Shown: one piece after another, positions 17,376 to 25,470 of the stretch
How positions within the stretch are numbered: position 1 is the stretch's first letter
Layout: each line of letters starts with the position of its first letter
Origin: Patescibacteria group bacterium
Lineage (GTDB): Bacteria; Patescibacteriota; Microgenomatia; Levybacterales; GWA1-39-11
Direction of reading: 5' to 3'
DNA: 64,000 bases
Assembly: GCA_035549295.1 (NCBI GenBank)
Contig: DASZRG010000051.1
Location: forward strand, 17,841 to 81,840
The notes under the pieces: generated by a model
Told to the model about the DNA's origin: nothing
Seen by the model: the letters and a program-made list of their open reading frames with translations, nothing else
Databases searched by the model: none
Program-made: the position numbers and the translations under genes

Positions 17376-19703
17376 ATGCCAGAGATCGAACCAGGCGGAG
17401 GGACTGCTGTTGCAGAACGTCCACGCACACCAGAAGTATCGCCACCCGCAACTGCTGCCGAAGCAACTCAACCAATTGTTGAAAAAAAATGGCCAGCGCC
17501 TCCGATTTCACTTGTTCACGACGAGTTAGTTAAGGCTATGGAAGACAATGACCTTCTAGCGCTCCAGGGCCATACAGGGTCCGGTAAATCACTTCTTGGT
17601 CCAACTTACTTCTTGGAAGCACTTAAAAACAATAAGCCTGATAAAAAAGTTACCATTCTAGTTACCGAACCAAGACAGCTTTTGGCAGAAGAGATCTCTC
17701 GCACTGTTGCAAGCATGAATAACACTGAGCATGGAGGGGATTTTGTTGGGTTTTACCATGGGGATGGAAGAAAAATGTCAGATAACACACAAATTGTTTA
17801 TACGGTTAATGCGTCTCTTCGCAATCGAATGCAAGAAGATTTGGCGCTTCCCGCGATTGATGGAGTATTTCTAGACGAAATCCATCTACGAGACGAGTAC
17901 CAAGAAGCAATATTAACTGGACTTGAAGAGGCTCAGAAAGAACGCGCGAAGCGCGGTTTGCCGCCACTAAAAATAGTGATCGCATCAGCGACAGTTGACC
18001 AAAAATATGTAGATTATTTTGGAAACGGAACTCTTATGGAAGTTCAGGGACAAAAAATGCATCATGTTGAAGAAAGATTTTTAGACCATGACGTGAGCCC
18101 CGAGGAAATGCCGATCGAAATGGCAAGAAGAATGGCCGAAAGCATGATAAATGGGACAACAACAGGAGACCGTCTAGGCTTCTTACCAGGTAAAAACGAA
18201 ATAAACGCCGCGATCGACGAATTCAACAGAACCATGCAAGAGAAAGGACTTGCTGACAAATATATATGCGCAGGTCTTACAGGAGGGGGAGGACCTGAAA
18301 ATAAAAAACTTACCGATTTGCTAGCAAACGATGATCCAAATCGCGAACCCGTAGCCGTCTTTTCAACTGACGTTGCTGAGGCGGGTGCAACATTCGCAAG
18401 ATTAACAGAAGTCTATGACTCAGGACTTAAAAGAGATAACGTCTATGATCACGCCTCAGGGATCGAAACCATACAAACACTGCCGCATTCGATGGAAAAT
18501 TACATCCAACGCCGAGGAAGACTCGGTCGCGTAATGGAGGGAATAATGACATATATGGGTCGAGAAGAAGAACTCAACGACAGAACAAAACATCCTGAAA
18601 AAGCAACCCCAGCGATAATCAAAGATGATTTAACATCGTTTTTACTTTCACTTAAGAGTATGAATATCAAAGACCCATACAAAACCAAGTATATGGATGA
18701 TCCTGGCAAGCACAAGTTAGATATGGCCGTTGGAACACTTAACTTACTTGGCGCAACTAATCCTGATGGATCACTAACTCGCGATGGACAGGAAATGGTA
18801 GAAATCCGAATGGACCCCCACTCGGCTCGCATGCTAGTTGAAGCAAAAAAATTAGGAGTCGAAGAACCTGCTGCGATACTTGCAGGATTCATGAACAACG
18901 AAAAGTCTGTTTTCATGCTCGAGCGAGGCGAAACATTACAGGAAAAATATGGAGAATTTATAGTACATGGGTCTGACTTTCTGACACTTCTAAGGGTATG
19001 GAATGCGTATGTTGATCAAGGCGCAAATCGTGGAAGAGCGCGCGCGTGGGCAAGACAAAAAGGATTAAATATTCGCGTACTCGAGAGTGTTGCCTCAGAT
19101 AAAAAGGACCTGGCAAGTAGCGCGTTATTTAAAGATACTGAAGTAAAACAAGAAAACAGAAAAATTGATATCGAGAAACATAAAGACGCGATACGAAAAT
19201 CAGTCTTAGCCGGACTATCAGATAGAATATTTTACAGACATAAAGAAGGCTATAGACTCAGGAACGGTACTAATACTAACGGCAGAATTGACTTCTCATC
19301 CGTTCTCTATCTTTCAGAGAAGAAGCCGGGTAGATTTATTTCTGCAAATATTCACGGCACAAGAAATGGTCTATCAGCAACACTGAACCAGGAAGTAACA
19401 ACAGATGAATACATGACGCTTCTTCCAAAACTTACGCAAATCGACAAGCTCAATGAAGATATTACGGGAATTAAAAATGAAAACGCTGAGGATGAGGCAA
19501 TGACTGACACAGCCAAAGCAGAGTCTACTCCTAAAAAGGCTGATACAAATGAGCAACAACCAACTATTAAGGCGCCTGACAAAAAACCCGAAGAGAAAAA
19601 AGAAGAAGTTAAAAAAGAAAAACTAATTATAAAAATTAGAACTCAAATTCAAAATACTTGGAATAAAATCTTGGAATTCCTACACCTGAAAGCTAAGAAA
19701 TAG
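17376..19703 (+). CDS. DEAH-box ATP-dependent helicase, HrpA/HrpB-like, with Lys/Glu-rich C-terminal tail
   Basis: Motif I 'LQGHTGSGKS', motif II 'LDEIHLRDE' (DEIH), motif III 'SATVD' and the helicase C-terminal region. The last ~100 aa are low-complexity K/E-rich. Confidence 0.7.
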   Translation: MPEIEPGGGTAVAERPRTPEVSPPATAAEATQPIVEKKWPAPPISLVHDELVKAMEDNDLLALQGHTGSGKSLLGPTYFLEALKNNKPDKKVTILVTEPRQLLAEEISRTVASMNNTEHGGDFVGFYHGDGRKMSDNTQIVYTVNASLRNRMQEDLALPAIDGVFLDEIHLRDEYQEAILTGLEEAQKERAKRGLPPLKIVIASATVDQKYVDYFGNGTLMEVQGQKMHHVEERFLDHDVSPEEMPIEMARRMAESMINGTTTGDRLGFLPGKNEINAAIDEFNRTMQEKGLADKYICAGLTGGGGPENKKLTDLLANDDPNREPVAVFSTDVAEAGATFARLTEVYDSGLKRDNVYDHASGIETIQTLPHSMENYIQRRGRLGRVMEGIMTYMGREEELNDRTKHPEKATPAIIKDDLTSFLLSLKSMNIKDPYKTKYMDDPGKHKLDMAVGTLNLLGATNPDGSLTRDGQEMVEIRMDPHSARMLVEAKKLGVEEPAAILAGFMNNEKSVFMLERGETLQEKYGEFIVHGSDFLTLLRVWNAYVDQGANRGRARAWARQKGLNIRVLESVASDKKDLASSALFKDTEVKQENRKIDIEKHKDAIRKSVLAGLSDRIFYRHKEGYRLRNGTNTNGRIDFSSVLYLSEKKPGRFISANIHGTRNGLSATLNQEVTTDEYMTLLPKLTQIDKLNEDITGIKNENAEDEAMTDTAKAESTPKKADTNEQQPTIKAPDKKPEEKKEEVKKEKLIIKIRTQIQNTWNKILEFLHLKAKK

Positions 19704-19778
19704 CTTTACTAAGTTACATAACCGCTTTCGCTCTGGCGGACTTTGTCTCGCCGTAGACGAGCTTCAGCGAGTCGAAGG

Positions 19779-19865
19779 CGGAGAGGGCGAGATTCGAACT
19801 CGCGGTGACATTGCTGCCACAAAGGTTTTCAAGACCTTCTCCATAGACCACTCGGACACCTCTCC
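19779..19865 (-). tRNA. tRNA-Ser (anticodon TGA), long variable arm
   Basis: The reverse complement reads GGAGAGGTGTCCGAGTGG…GGTCTTGAAAACC…GAGTTCGAATCTCGCCCTCTCCG. It has a 7-bp acceptor stem, anticodon loop CTTGAAA and a long extra arm. CCA is not encoded. Confidence 0.8.
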
Positions 19866-19949
19866 AAACAGACTATAATTCTAACAAATTACTTGAAAAA
19901 ATACTACGACTTGAAATATAATAATGCATAGTGGCCTAGTTCACGAATC

Positions 19950-20648
19950 ATGATAGGAATATGTAAAAATTGCAAGAAAAAATTTAAAAAACGGGAAAAA
20001 AAATACATATTTTGTTCTATCTCATGTTCGAATATCTTTCACAGGAATGGATTAATATCGATAAGAAAACCTCAAAAGAATTCTACCCTTGCTGAATTTT
20101 TAGGAATTTGCCTTGGCGATGGGTCAACACACAAATATCAAATAACCATCTCGCTGAATTCAATAGCCGATGCTGAATACATAAACTATGTCGTATCATT
20201 AGCGAAAAGGCTCTTTCCCAAAATAACCATTTCTATTGTTAAAAGAAAAGCAAATGTTATTGATATAAAAATCAACTCAAGTTTAGCGGCAACTTTCATG
20301 AAAGATATGGGAATCATACCAAATAATAAAACTGTACCAGCTTGGGTTTACAAGAGAAAAATATACAAGAAGCGTTGCGTCAGAGGGCTCGTAGACACCG
20401 AAGGTAGTATTTCGACAAAGAAATATTTAAACAAGAATGGCGAACAAGTTGAGTATAAACAACTTAATTTTAGAAATTATAATCCCGTCCTTATGAAATT
20501 CGTAAAAGACGTGCTTTCGGATCTAGATCTCAAACCTTCTGTTTCTCCAGTAAAGTCGCTTTATCTGAGTAACCCGAAAAGTATTAAGAATTATTTAAAA
20601 CACATTGGCTTTGGAAACCCTAAGCTGTTAAAAAAAGCCCTGGCCTAG
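19950..20648 (+). CDS. Free-standing LAGLIDADG-family homing endonuclease with N-terminal Cys4 zinc ribbon
   Basis: Two LAGLIDADG-type motifs, 'FLGICLGDGSTH' and 'RGLVDTEGSIS', about 90 aa apart. N-terminal 'CKNCKK…CSISCSN'. Confidence 0.6.
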   Translation: MIGICKNCKKKFKKREKKYIFCSISCSNIFHRNGLISIRKPQKNSTLAEFLGICLGDGSTHKYQITISLNSIADAEYINYVVSLAKRLFPKITISIVKRKANVIDIKINSSLAATFMKDMGIIPNNKTVPAWVYKRKIYKKRCVRGLVDTEGSISTKKYLNKNGEQVEYKQLNFRNYNPVLMKFVKDVLSDLDLKPSVSPVKSLYLSNPKSIKNYLKHIGFGNPKLLKKALA

Positions 20649-21985
20649 CTGGGGTCGAACATGGATGGTGGGAGGTTTTCGCCGTTTATAATCTTTGATA
20701 TTTTCTCACCGCCTACAATTGATGTTAAGAATCCTACTCCATTGCACCCTAGGTTATAAAGAATGGTTGGGAAATCAGGATCTCGACCTACCCATCGTGT
20801 CCCCGACGGCGTATAACCCATAAGTCCATGCCACAGATAATCAAACCCTTTTATTTCTTTTCCAAATGCTCTTAACAAAAAATCTCGATAGATACTTGGA
20901 ATACCTTCAGGAATTTGCTGGTTCTCGTCATATACTTCTTCTTTTGACAAAGTTTTTTCAGGACCTCCGAGCACAGCCAGCGATCCCTTATTTTCAAAAC
21001 CGGGGACGTGATGATAGTAAAAATACGGTGTATCTTTGTAAGTTCCTCGATCATCAAACAATGCAGATGTTTGAGCTGACACATCCATATCTAAAAATCC
21101 ACCAGCATATCCTAGAATTCTTTCAATATCATCTTTAATCTTTGTCAATTTCTTATTCTTTTTCTTGTCGATAATTTCCGGCCCCAGATATCCATTCGTG
21201 CAAAGAACTATTTCATCAGCAATAACTTTTCCGGAATCTGAAATGAGAATATTTTTCGAATCTTCTATTTCAACTTTTGTTATTTCCGAATTTTCAAAAA
21301 CAGAGAAGCGATTTGCATATTTTTCTAAAAGATACTTTATCAAATCGATACATAGGCGAGCAGAATTTATTCTTGTTTTTTTTGTCGATCTGCCAGTTGG
21401 AATTGCTGCTGCAATATATCCTTCATCTTTTAATCCAAATCTACCAAGAAGTTCTTCGCGCGGAACAATCTTTACAAACTTTTTAATGCTATCAGGAATT
21501 TCGATGTTAAGGTTCTCTTTTGAAACTAAATATTCCCACCCACCACGACCAAGACTTTCGTTAGCTGATTCTTCTTCGGCTGAATTGAAAAAATGCTGCA
21601 ACGATGTAAATACTTCTCCGCCCCCTTCAATAAAATTTACTGGCCCGGCTCCAACCGCATTCGACATTTCGTCAATCAGGTCCCATCCGCTGTCTATTTC
21701 TCGATAACCATTCTTTGTCTTTTCGAATCCTTGCTCAGCTATTAAGTCTTGCGAAACTTTCTCAAGCCAATTTATCGCAAAACCCGCGTTGTGCCCCGTT
21801 GCGCCTGATGCAATTTTACCTTTTTCAAGAAGTACAACTTTTTTGTCGGTATTTTTTAGAAGAAAATAAAGAGTCGAAACACCCGCGATACCACCACCAA
21901 TAATTGCCACATCGAAATTCTGCTCGCCTGAAAGACTCGAGAAAGAAGGCCTATCAAAATCAAGCCAAGGAGAATGATTGTTCAT
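20645..21985 (-). CDS. FAD-dependent oxidoreductase (DAO-like)
   Basis: 'DVAIIGGGIAGVSTLYFL' dinucleotide-binding motif and C-terminal '…GLMGYTPSGTRWVGRD…LGCNGVGFL'. I moved the start to the first ATG (MNNHSP…) because the ORF-track TTG start abuts the tRNA. Confidence 0.55.
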   Translation of the reverse strand: MNNHSPWLDFDRPSFSSLSGEQNFDVAIIGGGIAGVSTLYFLLKNTDKKVVLLEKGKIASGATGHNAGFAINWLEKVSQDLIAEQGFEKTKNGYREIDSGWDLIDEMSNAVGAGPVNFIEGGGEVFTSLQHFFNSAEEESANESLGRGGWEYLVSKENLNIEIPDSIKKFVKIVPREELLGRFGLKDEGYIAAAIPTGRSTKKTRINSARLCIDLIKYLLEKYANRFSVFENSEITKVEIEDSKNILISDSGKVIADEIVLCTNGYLGPEIIDKKKNKKLTKIKDDIERILGYAGGFLDMDVSAQTSALFDDRGTYKDTPYFYYHHVPGFENKGSLAVLGGPEKTLSKEEVYDENQQIPEGIPSIYRDFLLRAFGKEIKGFDYLWHGLMGYTPSGTRWVGRDPDFPTILYNLGCNGVGFLTSIVGGEKISKIINGENLPPSMFDPS

Positions 21986-22036
21986 GGATATTATTATATC
22001 CGTCCCGCCTTCGTTAAAACTTCGGCGAGGCAAGGG

Positions 22037-22122
22037 CGGAGGAGACAGGATTCGAACCTGCGCGAGTCTTTCGACTCAGGAATTTAGCAAACTCCCTCAG
22101 TGGGCCACTGTGACACTCCTCC
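22037..22122 (-). tRNA. tRNA-Ser (anticodon GCT), long variable arm
   Basis: The reverse complement reads GGAGGAGTGTCACAGTGG…GGAGTTTGCTAAATTCC…GCAGGTTCGAATCCTGTCTCCTCCG, with anticodon loop TTGCTAA. Confidence 0.8.
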
Positions 22123-22194
22123 AAATATCGGTTACTATTATACCAGAGGCACGAGACTATTTGAATCTGTAGAGATTGCGAATTTAAGAATCCG

Positions 22195-22258
22195 CTTACC
22201 CTCACCCCAACCCTCTCCCGACGGGAGAGGGAGACCAAGGTTTTAGGTTATTACCAAA
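22195..22258. repeat. REP-like conserved intergenic element, copy 1 (hairpin CCCTCTCCC-GAC-GGGAGAGGG + AGACCAAGGTTTTAGGTTATTACCAAA)
   Basis: Nearly identical to copy 2 at 25153-25216 and related to copy 3 at 48749-48797. Confidence 0.6.
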
Positions 22259-22280
22259 CACATAGGTGAGGCTAATTTGG

Positions 22281-22309
22281 TTGATGATAGCTATGGGGTG
22301 TGGTATTAT
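22281..22309 (+). promoter_or_regulatory. Sigma70-like promoter TTGATG-N17-TATTAT located 6 nt upstream of the ATG at 22316 (leaderless-type)
   Basis: Hexamers and spacing read directly. Confidence 0.4.
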
Positions 22310-22315
22310 TTAAGC

Positions 22316-22714
22316 ATGTCAGAGGGCAATCAAGATCTACAGCACAAGATTACAAGTATTGGTAATATCGGAGAAAGAATCGCCAAGAAGCTTCCCATTG
22401 TAGATTCGGCCGAGCAGGCCGAAGAGAAAAGAGTCGCAGCCCTCGAAAATTCAATCTCAAACAGCACACAGTCAGCAACTGTAACTGGGCAGGCACAATC
22501 TGAAGCCGTTCCAAAACCCATTGACTCAGCGACACCTGCAACTCAGCAAGAATCAGAACCTTCGTCGCGCGACACTCATGACTCTAAGTATTTAGGGGGT
22601 GTGTTTAAACGACGCCTAGAAGAACGAGAAGAACATCAGCAAAAATTTCCTAACCATGCAGCACCAAATCAACCAAAACCAACCGAGCCAGAGGAGGTAG
22701 ACCGTGCCGCTTGA
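22316..22714 (+). CDS. Acidic, low-complexity hypothetical protein
   Basis: The ORF-track start is TTG at 22277. I prefer ATG 22316 (MSEGNQ…), which sits just downstream of a good promoter. The protein is Ser/Thr/Gln/Glu-rich and disordered-looking, and overlaps the next gene by 11 nt. Confidence 0.4.
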   Translation: MSEGNQDLQHKITSIGNIGERIAKKLPIVDSAEQAEEKRVAALENSISNSTQSATVTGQAQSEAVPKPIDSATPATQQESEPSSRDTHDSKYLGGVFKRRLEEREEHQQKFPNHAAPNQPKPTEPEEVDRAA

Positions 22715-25124
22715 TAATTTCACACAAAATTTACTAAATATCATTTTTGTTTTCTTGACCGCGTTCATTTTAGCTTCCATTGTTATTGCTTGCGTAGTTG
22801 GAATCGCTCTTGCAATAGCTTTTTGGAAGAAAAATAAAACGCGTCACGAAAGGTCGCTTGACTCATCGCTTCTTGAGGTCTCGCTTCCCCGCGAAAACGA
22901 AATAAAAATTGACGCGGCAGAACAGCTCTTCTCAAGCCTTACATCGATAAAAGACGTTAAAGGGATGTTTTCTTTTTTGAAATTCCCCGACAGCATTTCA
23001 TTTGAAATTGTTGCGAAGCCACAAGATATAAGATTTTATGTCGGCGTACCAAACAAGCTCCGAGACATGGTCGAAAAACAAATTCACGGCGCATACCCAG
23101 ATGCACAAATTCTTGAAGTTGAAGACTACAATCTATTTGAGTCTCCAGGAAAGGTGGCTTATGCCTCACTTAAAATGGAGAAATCACACTATCTTCCTCT
23201 AAAGACTTACCGAGAACTTCCAATTGACCCACTTTCGTCAATCACAAGTACGATGGGGAAAATGACAGAAGGCGAGGCAGCGGCTATTCAAATACTTATA
23301 ACGCCAGTCGGAAGCAAATGGAAAAAGGCGGGTCGAGAATATATAACAACAACCAAAAAGCGTGAAGCAAATCCTGAAACTGCAAAATATTCAGTTGATC
23401 AAAAAGAACTTGAGGCAATAGAGCAAAAAATAACAAAACCTGGTTTTAACGCCTATATCAGACTTCTTGTTGCCTCATCAACAAAAGAATCGGCTGAGTC
23501 GCATCTCACAAATCTAGAAGGAGCATTCAACCAATTCTCATCATACAATTCTCTTGAGAAAGAAAAAAATCATTTCTTTCAGGGGATGGCAATCGTCGAT
23601 TTTATTTATCGACAGGTCCCGCTTATTCCAAAAACTCTCGGAGTATTTACAACTGAGGAGCTTGCGACGATTTTTCATTTTCCAAATAAAACAGTTGAGA
23701 CGCCAAGTGTACATTGGCTCGCAGCGCGTGTCGCGCCAGCCCCAGCAAATCTTCCAACATCTGGTCTTTATATAGGAAAAAGTGTTTATCGAGGTCAGGC
23801 GCGCCCGGTATACATCGAAGAAGATGACCGACGTCGACATATGTATATAATAGGTAAGACAGGTGTGGGAAAATCCGAATTCCTAAAGGACATGATTCTT
23901 CAGGATATACGCGCTGGTCGCGGACTCTGCTTCATAGATCCTCATGACACAATAGACATGATACTTCCGCTCATTCCGCCTGAGCGCGCCGAAGACGTAA
24001 TACTTTTTGATCCATCGGATACCGAACGTCCTCTTGGTGTTAACTTTTTGGATGCAGATACTGAGGAGCAGAAAGATCTTATCTGCTCATCCATCATAGG
24101 ACTCATGTATAAGCTTTATGATCCTAACAAAACAGGTATTATCGGACCGCGTTTTGAACACGCGATTCGAAATGCAATGTTGACTGTTATGACTGAGAAA
24201 GGAAATACTTTCGTCGAAGTTGTCCGCGTACTCACAGACTCTTCCTTTGTTCAAGAACTGTTGCCGAAAATTCAGGATCCGATGGTAAGGCGTTACTGGA
24301 CTGATCAGATTGCACAGACATCAGACTTTCACAAGTCAGAAGTCTTGGACTACATCGTTTCAAAATTTGGACGATTCGTTACAAATCGCATGGTAAGAAA
24401 TATCATTGGACAGAGTCAGTCAGCATTTAACTTCCGTGGTGCGATGGATGAAGGGAAGATTGTCTTTATTTCACTTGCCAAAGGAAAAATCGGAGAAGAT
24501 AACGCCTCTTTCTTGGGTCTTATTTTGGTCCCAAGAATTCTTGCTGCCGCTATGAGTCGACAGGATATACCACAAGATCAAAGACGAGACTTCTATCTGT
24601 ATGTTGATGAGTTCCAAAATTTCGCAACACCTGACTTTGGACAAATTCTTTCAGAGGCAAGAAAATATAGACTTAATCTTATCGTCGCAAATCAATTCAT
24701 CGGACAGATAGAGGAGGATGTTAAGAATGCAATTTTTGGAAACGCTGGAACTATCATGTCGTTCAGGGTCGGTGTATCTGACGCGAACTACTTGCAGCAC
24801 GAGTTCCAACCTGTATTTAATGAGGCGGATCTTATCAACGTCGAACGCTTCCACTGCTATATCAAAACTCTTATCGGAGGAGAACCCACCAATCCATTTT
24901 CACTCGATATGACGCGAGATCTCGCAGAGGAGAAAAAGCGCGAAAATCCGCGAGCTGCAGAGCTCATCCGTGAATTGTCGCGTCTCAAATATGGTCGTCC
25001 GAGAGATCTAGTCGAAGCAGAAATCGCAAAACGCTCACGACTTTTTGAAGTCCTCGGCGACCTACAAAGCAACCCAGAAATCGGCGGTTCCGAAGGACGA
25101 CTCGGCCCTGGCGGCAGTATCTAA
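22704..25124 (+). CDS. Type IV coupling-protein-like ATPase (TrwB/VirD4/TraG-like, FtsK/HerA superfamily) with N-terminal TM anchor
   Basis: TM helix at residues ~15-40. 'HMYIIGKTGVGKSEFLKDMILQDIRAGRGLCFIDPHD' matches the T4CP pattern (Walker A – RGD-like – hhDPxG). Walker B 'FYLYVDEFQNF', then 'ARKYRLNLIVANQ'. Confidence 0.5.
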   Translation: MPLDNFTQNLLNIIFVFLTAFILASIVIACVVGIALAIAFWKKNKTRHERSLDSSLLEVSLPRENEIKIDAAEQLFSSLTSIKDVKGMFSFLKFPDSISFEIVAKPQDIRFYVGVPNKLRDMVEKQIHGAYPDAQILEVEDYNLFESPGKVAYASLKMEKSHYLPLKTYRELPIDPLSSITSTMGKMTEGEAAAIQILITPVGSKWKKAGREYITTTKKREANPETAKYSVDQKELEAIEQKITKPGFNAYIRLLVASSTKESAESHLTNLEGAFNQFSSYNSLEKEKNHFFQGMAIVDFIYRQVPLIPKTLGVFTTEELATIFHFPNKTVETPSVHWLAARVAPAPANLPTSGLYIGKSVYRGQARPVYIEEDDRRRHMYIIGKTGVGKSEFLKDMILQDIRAGRGLCFIDPHDTIDMILPLIPPERAEDVILFDPSDTERPLGVNFLDADTEEQKDLICSSIIGLMYKLYDPNKTGIIGPRFEHAIRNAMLTVMTEKGNTFVEVVRVLTDSSFVQELLPKIQDPMVRRYWTDQIAQTSDFHKSEVLDYIVSKFGRFVTNRMVRNIIGQSQSAFNFRGAMDEGKIVFISLAKGKIGEDNASFLGLILVPRILAAAMSRQDIPQDQRRDFYLYVDEFQNFATPDFGQILSEARKYRLNLIVANQFIGQIEEDVKNAIFGNAGTIMSFRVGVSDANYLQHEFQPVFNEADLINVERFHCYIKTLIGGEPTNPFSLDMTRDLAEEKKRENPRAAELIRELSRLKYGRPRDLVEAEIAKRSRLFEVLGDLQSNPEIGGSEGRLGPGGSI

Positions 25125-25127
25125 AAG

Positions 25128-25147
25128 GGTATCAAGAGTATCAAACA
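25128..25147. repeat. Tandem GTATCAAG octamer motif (GGGTATCAAGAGTATCAAAC)
   Basis: One of seven or more intergenic copies. Confidence 0.6.
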
Positions 25148-25152
25148 AATCA

Positions 25153-25216
25153 CCTTACCTCACCCCTCCCTCTCCTAACAGGAGAGGGAGATCAAGGTTT
25201 TAGGTTATTACCAAAA
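25153..25216. repeat. REP-like conserved intergenic element, copy 2
   Basis: Hairpin CCCTCTCC-TAACA-GGAGAGGG followed by AGATCAAGGTTTTAGGTTATTACCAAAA. Confidence 0.6.
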
Positions 25217-25346
25217 ACTAGGGGTATCACGAGCTGATGCGAACAACTACTACAATTTCGGCGCTTCAAGTTTAGCCTCCTTATTGATATAATAGACGAA
25301 CTTTCAAGAAGCGGCTTGCCCTAAGGAGGGTTTAAGCCCGACGAAG

Positions 25347-25419
25347 GGGCGTGTAGCTCAGTTGGTAGAGCGGGTGTCTTATACACACCTGGTCATAGGT
25401 TCGAGTCCTATCGCGCCCA
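25347..25419 (+). tRNA. tRNA with anticodon TAT (putative tRNA-Ile-UAU)
   Basis: GGGCGTG-TA-GCTC-AGTTGGTA-GAGC-G-GGTGT-CTTATAC-ACACC-TGGTC-ATAGG-TTCGAGT-CCTAT-CGCGCCC-A. All stems pair, including a G·T wobble at acceptor position 6. The anticodon loop is CTTATAC. Confidence 0.75.
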
Positions 25420-25470
25420 CTCCTACGCCTCTGACTCTCGGATGTTATTTGCTATAATTTAAATACTCTG

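Noticed and set aside
19704-19778. Possible second structured RNA between the helicase stop and tRNA-Ser(TGA)
   Set aside because: Only short imperfect stems (CCGC…GCGG, CTCG…CGAG) and no tRNA-like T-loop or anticodon arm. It is more likely a weak terminator or spacer and too ambiguous to call.
21165-21903. 180-aa and shorter plus-strand ORFs opposite the FAD oxidoreductase gene
   Set aside because: They are antisense to a CDS with a clear dinucleotide-binding motif. They are Ser/Ile/Phe-rich and low-complexity, typical of shadow ORFs.
21978-22238. ORFs 21978..22172 (+) and 22014..22238 (-) in the six-frame track
   Set aside because: Both overlap the tRNA-Ser(GCT) gene at 22037-22122. These are tRNA sequence translated, not proteins.
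22277-22315. ORF-track start of the acidic protein at 22277 and of the small acidic protein at 49791
   Set aside because: Both would begin with TTG codons that coincide with -35 promoter hexamers (TTGATG/TTGACA). Downstream ATGs 6-8 nt after a -10 element are more plausible starts, so the CDS coordinates were adjusted.
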